Below, piece by piece: positions 9,395 through 18,259 of a DNA stretch of 64,000 nucleotides. The position numbers and the translations under genes were made by a program. The notes beneath the pieces are model-generated. The model was not told the DNA's origin. It made no database searches and was given only the letters and a program-made list of their open reading frames with translations. Numbering within the stretch: position 1 is the stretch's first letter; each line of letters opens with the position of its first letter. Origin of the DNA: Synergistaceae bacterium (GTDB lineage: Bacteria; Synergistota; Synergistia; Synergistales; Synergistaceae). The stretch is taken from the NCBI GenBank assembly GCA_963682045.1, contig OY821326.1:1293211-1357210 (forward strand), read 5' to 3'.

Positions 9395-9423
9395 TTGAAA
9401 AAGTAACAACTTTATGTGAGAAT
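9395..9423 (+). promoter_or_regulatory. putative promoter of opuAC-opuAB-opuAA with the same embedded inverted repeat as copy 1
   Basis: TTGAAA (9395-9400), 17-nt spacer containing AAAGTaacaACTTT (9400-9413), then GAGAAT (9418-9423). Confidence 0.45.
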
Positions 9424-9458
9424 AGGGAGGTTACTATAAGACTAATAGGAGGGTTCAG

Positions 9459-10460
9459 ATGAATAAAACAATAACAAAAGGTGTACTTTTACTTTTTTTG
9501 ATGGTCTTTGTTTGTGCAATGCCAATACAGGCACTAGCTAAAACGGAGACAACAGAGATCGTGATAACGGATAATGGGTGGGACAGCCAGAAGCTTCACA
9601 ACGAAATAGCCAGATTGATCGTTGAGAATGCCTATGATGGTTACGTCATAAAAACGTCGACAGCTTCTACAACCATGAACTGGCAGGCAATAATTGCCGG
9701 AGACGTGGACCTGGATATCGAAAGCTGGACTGACAACTTTGCCACATATCCTAAAGACGTTGCAAACGGAGACATTGTGGATGTCGGAATTTTAGCTTCG
9801 GACGGTAAGCAGGGGCTTTATGTTCCAAGATACGTCATCGAAGGAGATGCCAAACGTGGTATCAAACCTTTAGCTCCTGACCTTAAAACAGTAAAGGATC
9901 TGGCAAAATACTACAGGGTATTCCAGGATGACGAGGATAAGAACAAGGGAAAGATCTACGGCGCCATTCCCGGATGGCTGGCTGACGGAATACTCCATAG
10001 CAAATATGAGCTTTACGGGCTGGACAAAAATTACAACTACGCACGTCTTGGAAGCGAAGCCACCATTTTTGCCACCCTCGTTTCGGCATACAACCTCGGA
10101 GAACCATGGGTAGGATATTGTTATGAACCTACCTGGGTCGCAGGAAAACTGGATATCGTACTTCTTAAGGACGAACCCTACACCACCCAAGAGATTTACT
10201 TAAAGGGAGGCAGCGAATTCCCATCCCAGGAGCTTAAGATAGTGAGCAGCAAATATTTTGCAAAGAAAGCTCCTGATCTGCTTGAGTTCTTCAAAAAATA
10301 CAAAACAGGCAGCAAGCTGATATCCAAAGCGCTGGCATATCTTGACGAGAAAAAAGTCAGTCACACGGAAGCTGCGAAATGGCTGCTTAAGACCAACGAT
10401 GACCTGCTTGACCAATGGCTGCCCAAAGAAAGGGCAGATAGAGTGAGAGCCATTCTCTAA
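9459..10460 (+). CDS. opuAC: glycine betaine/compatible-solute ABC transporter substrate-binding protein, copy 2
   Basis: 333 aa with a signal peptide, OpuAC/ProX family. It is followed by the permease and ATPase genes. Confidence 0.85.
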   Translation: MNKTITKGVLLLFLMVFVCAMPIQALAKTETTEIVITDNGWDSQKLHNEIARLIVENAYDGYVIKTSTASTTMNWQAIIAGDVDLDIESWTDNFATYPKDVANGDIVDVGILASDGKQGLYVPRYVIEGDAKRGIKPLAPDLKTVKDLAKYYRVFQDDEDKNKGKIYGAIPGWLADGILHSKYELYGLDKNYNYARLGSEATIFATLVSAYNLGEPWVGYCYEPTWVAGKLDIVLLKDEPYTTQEIYLKGGSEFPSQELKIVSSKYFAKKAPDLLEFFKKYKTGSKLISKALAYLDEKKVSHTEAAKWLLKTNDDLLDQWLPKERADRVRAIL

Positions 10461-10508
10461 AAACTTCCCTGTTATATAACAGAAATACGAGATTAGGGAG
10501 GTCCTTAA

Positions 10509-11372
10509 ATGGAATTTTTATATAAGTTCCCCGAAAGTCTTCAAATAGGAAGCGGGGAAGCAATCGACATAGCTGTAAAAGCCTTCAGCAGGGAGAACAG
10601 GGAAACACTAAGGCTGATAAAATCAGCGATCATTGCTTCCATCAACTCAATAAACTCTCTGTTGGAAGCGATTCCATGGCCCGTTATGATCCTTATTGTT
10701 GCATATCTCGGCTGGAGAGTCAGCAAAAAGCTTTATGTAGGTCCTATGTATGCGGCGATGCTCTTTTTTGTGGGCATGTGCGGTCTATGGGACAACATGC
10801 TGGAGACGATCAGCATGGTAATAGTGGCTGTCTTACTTTCAATTGTCATGGGCTTCCCTTTGGGGATAGTAGTGGCCATGAGCAAAAGAACTTCCACAAT
10901 CGTGAGGCCGATCCTGGACCTTATGCAGACCATGCCTGCCTTCGTCTATCTTGTACCGGCGGTCATCCTGTTCAGTCCCGGGAAAACTCCGGCTCTGATA
11001 GCAACCACGATATATGCCATAGTACCAATGGTCAGAATGACTAACCTGGGGATAATCCACGTGAACAAAGAGATGGTAGAGGCAGCTTCTTCATTTGGAT
11101 CGACCAAAATACAGCTTCTTGCCAAAGTACAGATCCCTCAGGCACTGCCTTCTATAATGGCTGGTATCAATCAGACGATCATGATGGCGATGTCTATGGT
11201 GGTTACATGCGCCCTTATCGGTGCAAACGGCCTGGGTATGGAAATACTGCTTGCAACAAACAGGACCGAGATGGGCAAAGCGCTTATGCCCGGTATAGCA
11301 ATAGTGATCATTGCGATCATACTTGACCGGCTGACCCAGGGCATGGTAAAGAAAGAGGCTGTGTCTGAATGA
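10509..11372 (+). CDS. opuAB: glycine betaine ABC transporter permease
   Basis: 287 aa, polytopic, with a BPD-transporter EAA-like loop (EAASSFGSTKIQLLAKVQIPQALP). Confidence 0.85.
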   Translation: MEFLYKFPESLQIGSGEAIDIAVKAFSRENRETLRLIKSAIIASINSINSLLEAIPWPVMILIVAYLGWRVSKKLYVGPMYAAMLFFVGMCGLWDNMLETISMVIVAVLLSIVMGFPLGIVVAMSKRTSTIVRPILDLMQTMPAFVYLVPAVILFSPGKTPALIATTIYAIVPMVRMTNLGIIHVNKEMVEAASSFGSTKIQLLAKVQIPQALPSIMAGINQTIMMAMSMVVTCALIGANGLGMEILLATNRTEMGKALMPGIAIVIIAIILDRLTQGMVKKEAVSE

Positions 11373-12550
11373 TGAATGAAGATTACATTGCGGAAGCAAA
11401 AAACGTTGTAAAAATATACGGCAAAAACAAGGCAGAAGCCATTAAAATGATGACAGCAGGCCTTGGCAAGGATGAAGTCTACCGAAAAACAGGCGCGGCA
11501 GTTGCGCTCTGGGACGTATCTTTCAAAGTTAAAAGAAAAGAAATATTCGTTATAATAGGACTCTCCGGCTCGGGCAAATCAACCATAATAAGATGTTTCA
11601 ATCAGATTTTGAGGCCAACTTCGGGAACGATCCTCTTCGAGGGACAGAATGTCGAAAAACTCAAAGGCAAAGAACTCTTAAATCTGAGACGGGATAAAGT
11701 ATCGATGGTATTTCAGAACTTTGGTCTGCTCACACATAGAAATGTCATCGACAACGTCGTTTACGGACTCGAGGTAAGAGGCGTACCAAAAAAAGAACGC
11801 CTCGAAAAGGCACAGAATTTCATCAAGATGGTGGGGCTTGAGGGATGGGAAGACAAACCTATATCCACTCTTTCAGGCGGAATGATGCAGAGAGTCGGGA
11901 TCGCGAGAGCTCTGGTCAATTCTCCTGATATGTTGTTAATGGACGAACCCTTTTCAGCCCTGGATCCCCTTGTACGCAGGGAAATGCAGTTTGAGCTGCT
12001 TTCGATCCAGAGAAAGCTTGAAAAAACTATCATCTTCATAACCCATGACATAAACGAAGCTTTTAAGCTGGGTGACAGGGTCGCAATAATGCATAACGGG
12101 CGGATAGTACAGTCCGGGACCCCTGAAGAGATGTCAACAAATCCTGCCGATGACTATGTCCGTAACTTTATCGAAGGAGCAGATATGAGTATGGTACTCA
12201 GAGTAAAACATGTCATGTTCAAACCTCATTGCATAGTCAGGGAACATGTCTCTCCGGCAAACGCTGTTATGGAGATGAGAGAAAATCAGGTCTCAAGCGC
12301 ATACGCAGTAGGCGACGACATGAAGTTCCTGGGAGTCATAACTTTGGACGATGCTATCAGAGCACGGCAGGAAAAGCTCCCCCTCTTTTCCCTGCTAACA
12401 AAGAATATACCTGTAACAGGGGAAGAAATGATGATCAAAGATGTAATACAAAAAGCAGCAGAGGCAAGGTTTCCAATCGCAGTACTTGGAGACAGGGGAA
12501 AGCTCAAAGGCATCGTGAGCAGGGCATCAGTACTCTCTTCACTGGCCTGA
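11369..12550 (+). CDS. opuAA: glycine betaine ABC transporter ATP-binding protein with C-terminal CBS pair
   Basis: 393 aa with Walker A GLSGSGKST, signature LSGGMMQR and Walker B LLMDEPFSALD. The C-terminal ~120 aa are CBS-like. The start overlaps the opuAB stop (ATGA). Confidence 0.9.
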   Translation: MMNEDYIAEAKNVVKIYGKNKAEAIKMMTAGLGKDEVYRKTGAAVALWDVSFKVKRKEIFVIIGLSGSGKSTIIRCFNQILRPTSGTILFEGQNVEKLKGKELLNLRRDKVSMVFQNFGLLTHRNVIDNVVYGLEVRGVPKKERLEKAQNFIKMVGLEGWEDKPISTLSGGMMQRVGIARALVNSPDMLLMDEPFSALDPLVRREMQFELLSIQRKLEKTIIFITHDINEAFKLGDRVAIMHNGRIVQSGTPEEMSTNPADDYVRNFIEGADMSMVLRVKHVMFKPHCIVREHVSPANAVMEMRENQVSSAYAVGDDMKFLGVITLDDAIRARQEKLPLFSLLTKNIPVTGEEMMIKDVIQKAAEARFPIAVLGDRGKLKGIVSRASVLSSLA

Positions 12551-12571
12551 TCTTTACAAAAAGAGATAAAG

Positions 12572-12622
12572 CTGAGGGCGTCAAAGATACCAGCCGGGTA
12601 TGTTTGACACCCTCAGTATTTT
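12572..12622. terminator. bidirectional hairpin between convergent opuAA and alkA
   Basis: ctgagggcgtcaaa ... tttgacaccctcag (one mismatch), followed by TATTTT. Confidence 0.5.
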
Positions 12623-12629
12623 ACTGATT

Positions 12630-13238
12630 TTAGCGTCCATTCTCCGAGAGATGCCACAGGTATAGAGAGGCTATAGTCCCATATGGAGAATAGCGCTTCC
12701 TGTATTTGTCGAAAATCGCCATCTCAAGATCCTTCAGACCATAAAGCAACATCAGCCCTTTTCTAATGGCAAAATCTTTGTAACTTAATATGTTCATCCT
12801 GCCAAGTGAAAAGATAAGGAACATCTCCGCAGTCCAATCTCCTATGCCCTTTATAGAGGTAAGACGTGATGCCACAGTTTCGTCAGGCAGGGCGGCAAGG
12901 CCCTCTATATCAAGACTGCCTGAAAGGACAGCCTTACTCAATCCTTTTATGTACTGAGCCTTTCTCATTGATATACCTACGGACTTGATCTCTTCATCAG
13001 GAAGGGATGCTGTCTTTTCTGGTGTAACGATTCCAAATTTTTGAGTTATCCTCATTCTGACAGTTTCCGCAGCTCGGTTGGATATCTGCTGCGTTGCAAT
13101 ATAGCCTACCAGCGAGTCAAAAAGATCTTCACTCACTTCACATTTCAGATATCCCGTGCTTTCGATCAGCTTTCCAAGTTTTTTGTCTTTCCGAGAGAGG
13201 AAGAAAAGTTCTCTTTCCCCGTATTCAAGAACGGGCAT
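12630..13238 (-). CDS. alkA: DNA-3-methyladenine glycosylase II (HhH-GPD, AlkA-like)
   Basis: 202 aa with an HhH-GPD motif region (LTSIKGIGDWTAEMFLIF). It overlaps the ogt stop. Confidence 0.75.
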   Translation of the reverse strand: MPVLEYGERELFFLSRKDKKLGKLIESTGYLKCEVSEDLFDSLVGYIATQQISNRAAETVRMRITQKFGIVTPEKTASLPDEEIKSVGISMRKAQYIKGLSKAVLSGSLDIEGLAALPDETVASRLTSIKGIGDWTAEMFLIFSLGRMNILSYKDFAIRKGLMLLYGLKDLEMAIFDKYRKRYSPYGTIASLYLWHLSENGR

Positions 13239-13704
13239 TTTTTCTTTCCAATTCCAGCAAAAATTCCTTTATGTCCAGACCCCCGCCGTATCCGACAAGT
13301 TTGCCGTTTGATCCTATTATTCGGTGACAGGGGATGATTATGGCGATCGGATTTCTGTTGTTTGCCATCCCTACAGCTCTGAAACCTCTTGGGCTTCCCG
13401 CCGCCAGGGCAATATCTCCGTAACTTCGGGTCTCTCCATAGGGCACCTGCAACAGAGCTTTCCAGCATCTTATCTGAAAATCTGTTCCCGCAGGCGCAAG
13501 GGGAAGATCAAAGACCTTACGTGTGTCCACAAAATATTCCCTTAGCTGCTCTGCCGCTTTCCTGTGAAGAGGTGTTTCCTTCCGTTCGTACTCTGACGGA
13601 AGTACGAAAGACTTTGCAAAATGGACATCGGTTATGCTCTCTGATTCCGTCCCTATCTCAACTTTTCCGACACCGTCGTAAGTGTAGCAGTAAAATGTTT
13701 TCAT
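13225..13704 (-). CDS. ogt: methylated-DNA--protein-cysteine methyltransferase
   Basis: 159 aa with the active-site motif IIIPCHRIIGSNG. Confidence 0.85.
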   Translation of the reverse strand: MKTFYCYTYDGVGKVEIGTESESITDVHFAKSFVLPSEYERKETPLHRKAAEQLREYFVDTRKVFDLPLAPAGTDFQIRCWKALLQVPYGETRSYGDIALAAGSPRGFRAVGMANNRNPIAIIIPCHRIIGSNGKLVGYGGGLDIKEFLLELERKNARS

Positions 13705-13816
13705 CTATTGCAGGCCTCCTTTGTCGTGCTGTTTTACACTACTTAAACTATACTTGCTTATAGGCTAAAATTATAGTTGCTCTGTATCATCTCATAAAGA
13801 GACAGGAGGAATGTTT

Positions 13817-14608
13817 ATGAAGATTTTTGTTTCGGGCGCATCGGGCAACGTAGGAAAGACCCTCGTTAGGACAATACAGAAGATAGAGTGGGCAGAACTA
13901 GTCGGGGGATGGTGTAAGGAAACGGGAGAAGATCTCGGAGAAATTGCCGGGATAGGGCCAATAGGAATAATTGCCACCAACAATCTGAGATCCGGCATTG
14001 AGACCTCAAAGCCTGACATAGTCATAGATTTTTCTGCAACACCAGTACTCCCGGGAAACCTGAAGCTCTACGCCGAGAAAAGCCTGAACGCCGTCATCGG
14101 CACAACCGGACTGACGGACGATGACCTAGCACCATTCATAAAAGAAGTTAAGGAAAAGGGGCTTCGCTGGTCGGTAATACCAAATTACGGTCTCGGGATA
14201 AGCCTTGTGAGGGATTTTATCAAAAAAGTACGCCAGTATTATCCCTATGTGAGCATAATCGACCGCCATTTCCCGGGAATGGCCAACGCTCCAAGCGGAA
14301 CTGCAGCAAGCCTTGCAAAGGCATCATCGGGAACACCCGCACCTGTGGAAAGCAAAGAGATCTATCCCGGGGTACTGGGCGCAAAGATCTCTGACGTTCC
14401 GGTCCTTTCACAGCGACTGCCGTGGCCGGGACCATACTCTGAACATGAGGTGCTTCTAGGGCGAAATGACGAAATCATAAGGATATCTGTTCAGGATCAC
14501 ACAAGTGATATATATATGGACGGGGTCTTCCTGACGGTGGAAAAGCTTCCTAAACTGGCTCCCGGAACATTTATCCGGGAATTGTCAGAAATCATGGAAG
14601 CAAGCTGA
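13817..14608 (+). CDS. DapB-family (4-hydroxy-tetrahydrodipicolinate reductase-like) oxidoreductase with a divergent catalytic motif
   Basis: N-terminal Rossmann motif (KIFVSGASGNVGK). The DapB signature region reads DRHFPGMANAPSGTA where E. coli has EAHHRHKVDAPSGTA. I prefer the ATG at 13817 (AGGAGGA RBS). Confidence 0.6.
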   Translation: MKIFVSGASGNVGKTLVRTIQKIEWAELVGGWCKETGEDLGEIAGIGPIGIIATNNLRSGIETSKPDIVIDFSATPVLPGNLKLYAEKSLNAVIGTTGLTDDDLAPFIKEVKEKGLRWSVIPNYGLGISLVRDFIKKVRQYYPYVSIIDRHFPGMANAPSGTAASLAKASSGTPAPVESKEIYPGVLGAKISDVPVLSQRLPWPGPYSEHEVLLGRNDEIIRISVQDHTSDIYMDGVFLTVEKLPKLAPGTFIRELSEIMEAS

Positions 14609-14707
14609 GGTGTTCGGGATCAACGCCAATAATAAGCAAAGAGCACGAGACGGTCAATGATCATACCTGTATAATTGATTTCAAATCCATACTGAAAAGG
14701 TGATCGT

Positions 14708-15316
14708 ATGCGTCGTCAACTTATACTTGCACTGGTGCTTTTTTCCCTGATGATCCCCTCTAGCTCGTGGTCATCCGATACAGTTGAATTCAGCGCGCTT
14801 ATTATTGAGAAGGACAACGGCGTGGAACAGAGAGGAAAGATCTACGTAGCTGAAAACATGTTGCGATATGAACTCGAGGGAAGCAACGAGGTCGTAGTCA
14901 CCAGACATGATAAAAAAGTCATCTGGCTGATATTCCCGAAGCTCAAAAAGTACGTCGAACAACTATATCTTGGCGAACAAAAACAAAATTACGCTGGTGC
15001 TCATGAAGCAGATACAGGCAATCTCTCAAAGGAATTTATCGAGCATGAAATGGTGGACAGCTACAGGCTTAAAAAATTCCTTGTCACAGTTAAATACAAC
15101 AACGGGGAGAGCAAGGACCAGTATTATGAATGGTACCGGGACAATTTTCCGGTCCCTGTAAAAACACAATCCCTCAATGGAATGACATCTTACGAATACG
15201 TGAACATCAAGCTGGGCAGACCACCGACAGAGTTTTTTTCTGAGCCTAGGGGATACAAAAAGATAACGGTCGAGGAGCTGGCTGAGATAGAAGAAAACAA
15301 TAGCACTCAGCCCTGA
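14708..15316 (+). CDS. secreted hypothetical protein
   Basis: 202 aa with an N-terminal signal peptide (MRRQLILALVLFSLMIPSSSWS). I recognise no family. Confidence 0.5.
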   Translation: MRRQLILALVLFSLMIPSSSWSSDTVEFSALIIEKDNGVEQRGKIYVAENMLRYELEGSNEVVVTRHDKKVIWLIFPKLKKYVEQLYLGEQKQNYAGAHEADTGNLSKEFIEHEMVDSYRLKKFLVTVKYNNGESKDQYYEWYRDNFPVPVKTQSLNGMTSYEYVNIKLGRPPTEFFSEPRGYKKITVEELAEIEENNSTQP

Positions 15317-15324
15317 TAGAACAA

Positions 15325-15364
15325 TATAGAAGGAGGGGGCATCTGTCCGCCCCCTCCTTCTATA
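15325..15364. terminator. bidirectional hairpin between convergent genes
   Basis: tatagaaggagggggc / gccccctccttctata, a near-perfect 16-bp stem. Confidence 0.6.
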
Positions 15365-15381
15365 TATATTTCTTCAGTATA

Positions 15382-16182
15382 TTATGACTGACTGGCTTTC
15401 TTCAGATCATCAAGATTCCCGCCTCTTCTTACCGCTATGATCTCGGCAAGGACAGAAACAGCGATCTCTTCGGGAGTCTCCGCTTTTATCGGAAGTCCTA
15501 TAGGCTGGTGTATCCGGTCAAGATGTTCCTGCGATACACCTCTTGCAACAAGCATCTTCCTCAACGCTGCTATTTTTGAGCGCGAACCTATCATCCCATA
15601 ATATGCTCCGGGCTTTTTATCCGTTATCGCCACAGCCTCTGCATCCAGGGCATGTCCTCGGGTCACTATGACGACATAACTTCTCTCGTGGAGAGTTATC
15701 CCTTTTTCGTATATATCACCGATAGGACAGACGATCGTACGAGCGCAGGGGATATTTTCGCTGTTAGCGTACTCTTCCCTCTCGTCCCATACCGTGACCC
15801 TGAATCCTGCAAAAGCCCCGACCTCGGCAACAGCCTTTCCCACATGTCCGGCACCAAGGATCACAAGTTCATCTTCCCTTCCTATCACTTCCATATAGAT
15901 CGTTGCTGAACCTCCGCAGAGCATTCCGTCTTTCTCTGTAAGCTCCTTCTTCCATACGAGCACTGTATCACCTGAAGCTAGAAGTTCCCTAGCTTTTTTG
16001 ATCGTTTCAAATTCTAAGAGTCCCCCGCCGATAGTACCGCTGATGCTGCCATCCTTGTACACCCACATGGAAGCGCCTTTGCTCCTGGGGGTCGATCCGG
16101 ATTCCTCGGTAACTGTGCAAAGCACACCGTAGTCACCGGCTTCGACCTCTCTGCTTATTAGGGCCAAAAGATCTCTGTTCAT
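15382..16182 (-). CDS. xdhC: XdhC/CoxI-family molybdoenzyme maturation protein
   Basis: 266 aa collinear with XdhC and with the N-terminal half of E. coli YqeB (VLCTVTEESGSTPRSKGA..., ILGAGHVGKAV, GMIGSRSKI, IGLPIKAETPEEIAVSVLAEI). Confidence 0.8.
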   Translation of the reverse strand: MNRDLLALISREVEAGDYGVLCTVTEESGSTPRSKGASMWVYKDGSISGTIGGGLLEFETIKKARELLASGDTVLVWKKELTEKDGMLCGGSATIYMEVIGREDELVILGAGHVGKAVAEVGAFAGFRVTVWDEREEYANSENIPCARTIVCPIGDIYEKGITLHERSYVVIVTRGHALDAEAVAITDKKPGAYYGMIGSRSKIAALRKMLVARGVSQEHLDRIHQPIGLPIKAETPEEIAVSVLAEIIAVRRGGNLDDLKKASQS

Positions 16183-16255
16183 GCTTTATGCTCCTTTGCC
16201 AAAAATTTCCTGATGACCGAAGGGAGGCAAGATTGCTCTCCGAGAGGAAAACACA

Positions 16256-17302
16256 TCAGCTTCCTGCCGCGAAAGAGCACGAAGGATAATGGCAGGTCGG
16301 GCAGTGTTCGCAAAGTCCTCCCACGCCCCATCTTCGTACAAGGTCGCCGGGCTCTATACCTGCAAAGACAAAGGGCAGGAGTTTATCCAGCGCTGTCCTC
16401 TCATCAAAAGCAACACAGGCAGGTGCGCCTATGACCGCTACATCTTCTCCATCGATGGGCGACTTGGCGTAACCCAGCATAAGCATGGCACCCGGCAGGG
16501 CGGGAGATCCCTGGAAAGAAATCTTCCTGCAGACAGAACGGATAGCTCCGGGTGTTCTGTCATCCGCGTCCACACTCATCCCCCCCGTACAGATTATCAC
16601 TTTGGCACCCTCATTTAGGAATTTACTGATCGCATCGGCTATCTGTTCAAGAGAATCAGTGCAGAATGCCTGCCCTATAACGCTGCCGCTGAGCCTGCTC
16701 AGTTTTTCATCAAGCTTTGGCCTGAAAGCATCATGCACCCTTTTGTCAACTATCTCTTTGCCTGTGGTCACGACAGCTACTTTGAGATCCCTGAAGGGCA
16801 GCACAGCAAAAGGCCTGCTTCCTCTCACTGCCGCAACGGCACGTTCGACCCTGTAGTCTTCCATCACAAGGGGTCTTATGCGAAAGCCAGCGACCATCTG
16901 CCCCTTCAGCACAGGACGGTGAGGCGCCAGTGCAGAAAGTACCCAGTCTGGATCCTGATTCACCCTGTTGACTGTCTCTGCAAGGTACCATAGTATGCCT
17001 GAACTTGTCGCAACAAGATTGCAGCGCCCCTCTTCTGGAGGCGTAATCCTTAAGTTCTCTCCGCAGAGCACCTCTGCGAGCTGCATAGCAGCGTCATCTT
17101 CATGAACTTCCCCGGGAGACATTTCCATTACAGAGAGGTTTTCCCTTCCCATGTCTTTCAGTGTGGGAATATCTTCTTTTGTAATGACCTGGCCTTTTTT
17201 GAAACGGGCAGATTTAATGTGGTTTACCGCGTCTATCTGTGTAAGGTCATGTGCAAGAGGCCTGCCAATGGCTCCTTCAAGCGGGATCACTGTTATCTTC
17301 AT
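16256..17302 (-). CDS. MoCF-biosynthesis (MoeA/MogA-like) domain protein with a Cys-rich C-terminal tail
   Basis: The domain core is molybdopterin-binding-like (VAVVTTGKEIV...VIICTGGMSVDADD). The C-terminus is CEHCPTCHYPSC. I prefer the ATG at 17302 (GGAGG RBS), 2 nt after the stop of the Fur-family gene. Confidence 0.6.
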   Translation of the reverse strand: MKITVIPLEGAIGRPLAHDLTQIDAVNHIKSARFKKGQVITKEDIPTLKDMGRENLSVMEMSPGEVHEDDAAMQLAEVLCGENLRITPPEEGRCNLVATSSGILWYLAETVNRVNQDPDWVLSALAPHRPVLKGQMVAGFRIRPLVMEDYRVERAVAAVRGSRPFAVLPFRDLKVAVVTTGKEIVDKRVHDAFRPKLDEKLSRLSGSVIGQAFCTDSLEQIADAISKFLNEGAKVIICTGGMSVDADDRTPGAIRSVCRKISFQGSPALPGAMLMLGYAKSPIDGEDVAVIGAPACVAFDERTALDKLLPFVFAGIEPGDLVRRWGVGGLCEHCPTCHYPSCSFAAGS

Positions 17303-17304
17303 GT

Positions 17305-17727
17305 TTATCTGGCCTCCGTTTCGGGGCTGCATTCACTGCAGCACCCATATACAACAAGCTGTTTGCCTTCAACGGTCATACCCTCGGGAACCTCGACCCG
17401 GGGAAGCCGCTGATCTGTAAGACAAAACATTTTTCCGCAGTGAAGACAAAGAAAATGGGGATGATCCCCGGGACAGCCCTTTGACTCCGGATCATGGGCG
17501 CAAAAGCGCCATACTCCGTCCAGCCCCTGGACCTGGTGTACAATGCCCGCGGCTTTAAGGGTCTGCAGGGTCCTGTACAGCGTGACCTTATCAAGCGATT
17601 CGATAAGGGTAGAGGATATCTCGCTATGAGAGAGAGGGGAACCTTTTTCCACCAAAAGCCGCAGTACGAGCTTTCTCTGATGTGTGGCTCTCAGTTTTGC
17701 AACGCTAAGTATTTTTTCAACGTTCAA
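17305..17727 (-). CDS. Fur-family transcriptional regulator
   Basis: 140 aa with a wHTH (ATHQRKLVLRLL...VTLYRTLQTL), a His-rich site (DHPHF) and two CxxC pairs (CLHC, CSEC). TTG start with an AAGGGGTGG RBS. Confidence 0.8.
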   Translation of the reverse strand: MNVEKILSVAKLRATHQRKLVLRLLVEKGSPLSHSEISSTLIESLDKVTLYRTLQTLKAAGIVHQVQGLDGVWRFCAHDPESKGCPGDHPHFLCLHCGKMFCLTDQRLPRVEVPEGMTVEGKQLVVYGCCSECSPETEAR

Positions 17728-17751
17728 AAAACCACCCCTTAAATATTAAAC

Positions 17752-17764
17752 GCAACCAATTTGC
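17752..17764. promoter_or_regulatory. GCAAC-N3-TTTGC near-palindrome upstream of the Fur-family operon
   Basis: cGCAACcaaTTTGCa matches 10 of 12 positions of the TGCAAC-N3-GTTGCA motif seen at 28094, 31565 and 50078. It lies about 10 nt upstream of the RBS. Confidence 0.35.
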
Positions 17765-18017
17765 ATTTTAATGCATTCCATCTGAGCCTGCAAGGTTTTT
17801 CTATAACCACATCTGATCTAAAACATTTTACTTTCATATTTTCCATAAATAAACAAAATTTATTTTAGTTTGTTTTCAGCAAATTGATCGTTAATTAACT
17901 TTGGATTCATGATAGAAATAATTATAATATTAACCACATTTACCTATTAACATTGTTTTTTATAATATTGCCAATGACGGTGACCTGCAGATAGTCATTT
18001 TTTTAACAAACGAATGG

Positions 18018-18046
18018 TTGACATTTATCGTATATGGTCGTATTAT
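18018..18046 (+). promoter_or_regulatory. sigma70-type promoter of the ilv-leu operon
   Basis: TTGACA (18018-18023), 17-nt spacer, TATTAT (18041-18046). Confidence 0.6.
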
Positions 18047-18112
18047 GTCGCCCATTACGTCAGGCCATAGCACCCGGCGAGCAGGCCAAAACCTCGAAAG
18101 GTGGGACATAAA

Positions 18113-18208
18113 ATGCGAATAGACAGTTTGATCCGTGACATATTTAGTCTGGTTCTTGTACTAGTACTTCTTATTAGCAGTGGGTCCCCCGAGGTGGCCG
18201 ACGCTTAA
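18113..18208 (+). CDS. ilv-leu leader peptide (31 aa, rich in Leu/Val/Ile)
   Basis: The AAAGGTGGG RBS precedes ATG 18113. The peptide is MRIDSLIRDIFSLVLVLVLLISSGSPEVADA, with nine consecutive branched-chain codons at 18149-18175. It is followed by alternative hairpins and a terminator. Confidence 0.65.
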   Translation: MRIDSLIRDIFSLVLVLVLLISSGSPEVADA

Positions 18209-18227
18209 ACGTCGTGTTACTTTCGGA

Positions 18228-18259
18228 CCGGGACCCTTCAAGGGTCCCGGTTTTTTTTT
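18228..18259 (+). terminator. attenuator terminator upstream of ilvN
   Basis: ccgggaccct / agggtcccgg stem followed by nine T (18251-18259). GGGTCCC at 18182-18188 can pair with the 5' arm GGGACCC (18230-18236) as an antiterminator. Confidence 0.7.

Noticed and set aside
17728-18112. T-box riboswitch as the ilv-leu regulator
   Set aside because: I saw no T-box consensus and no specifier-loop architecture. The GGTGGG near 18101 is the RBS of the leader peptide. The leader-peptide model explains the terminator better.
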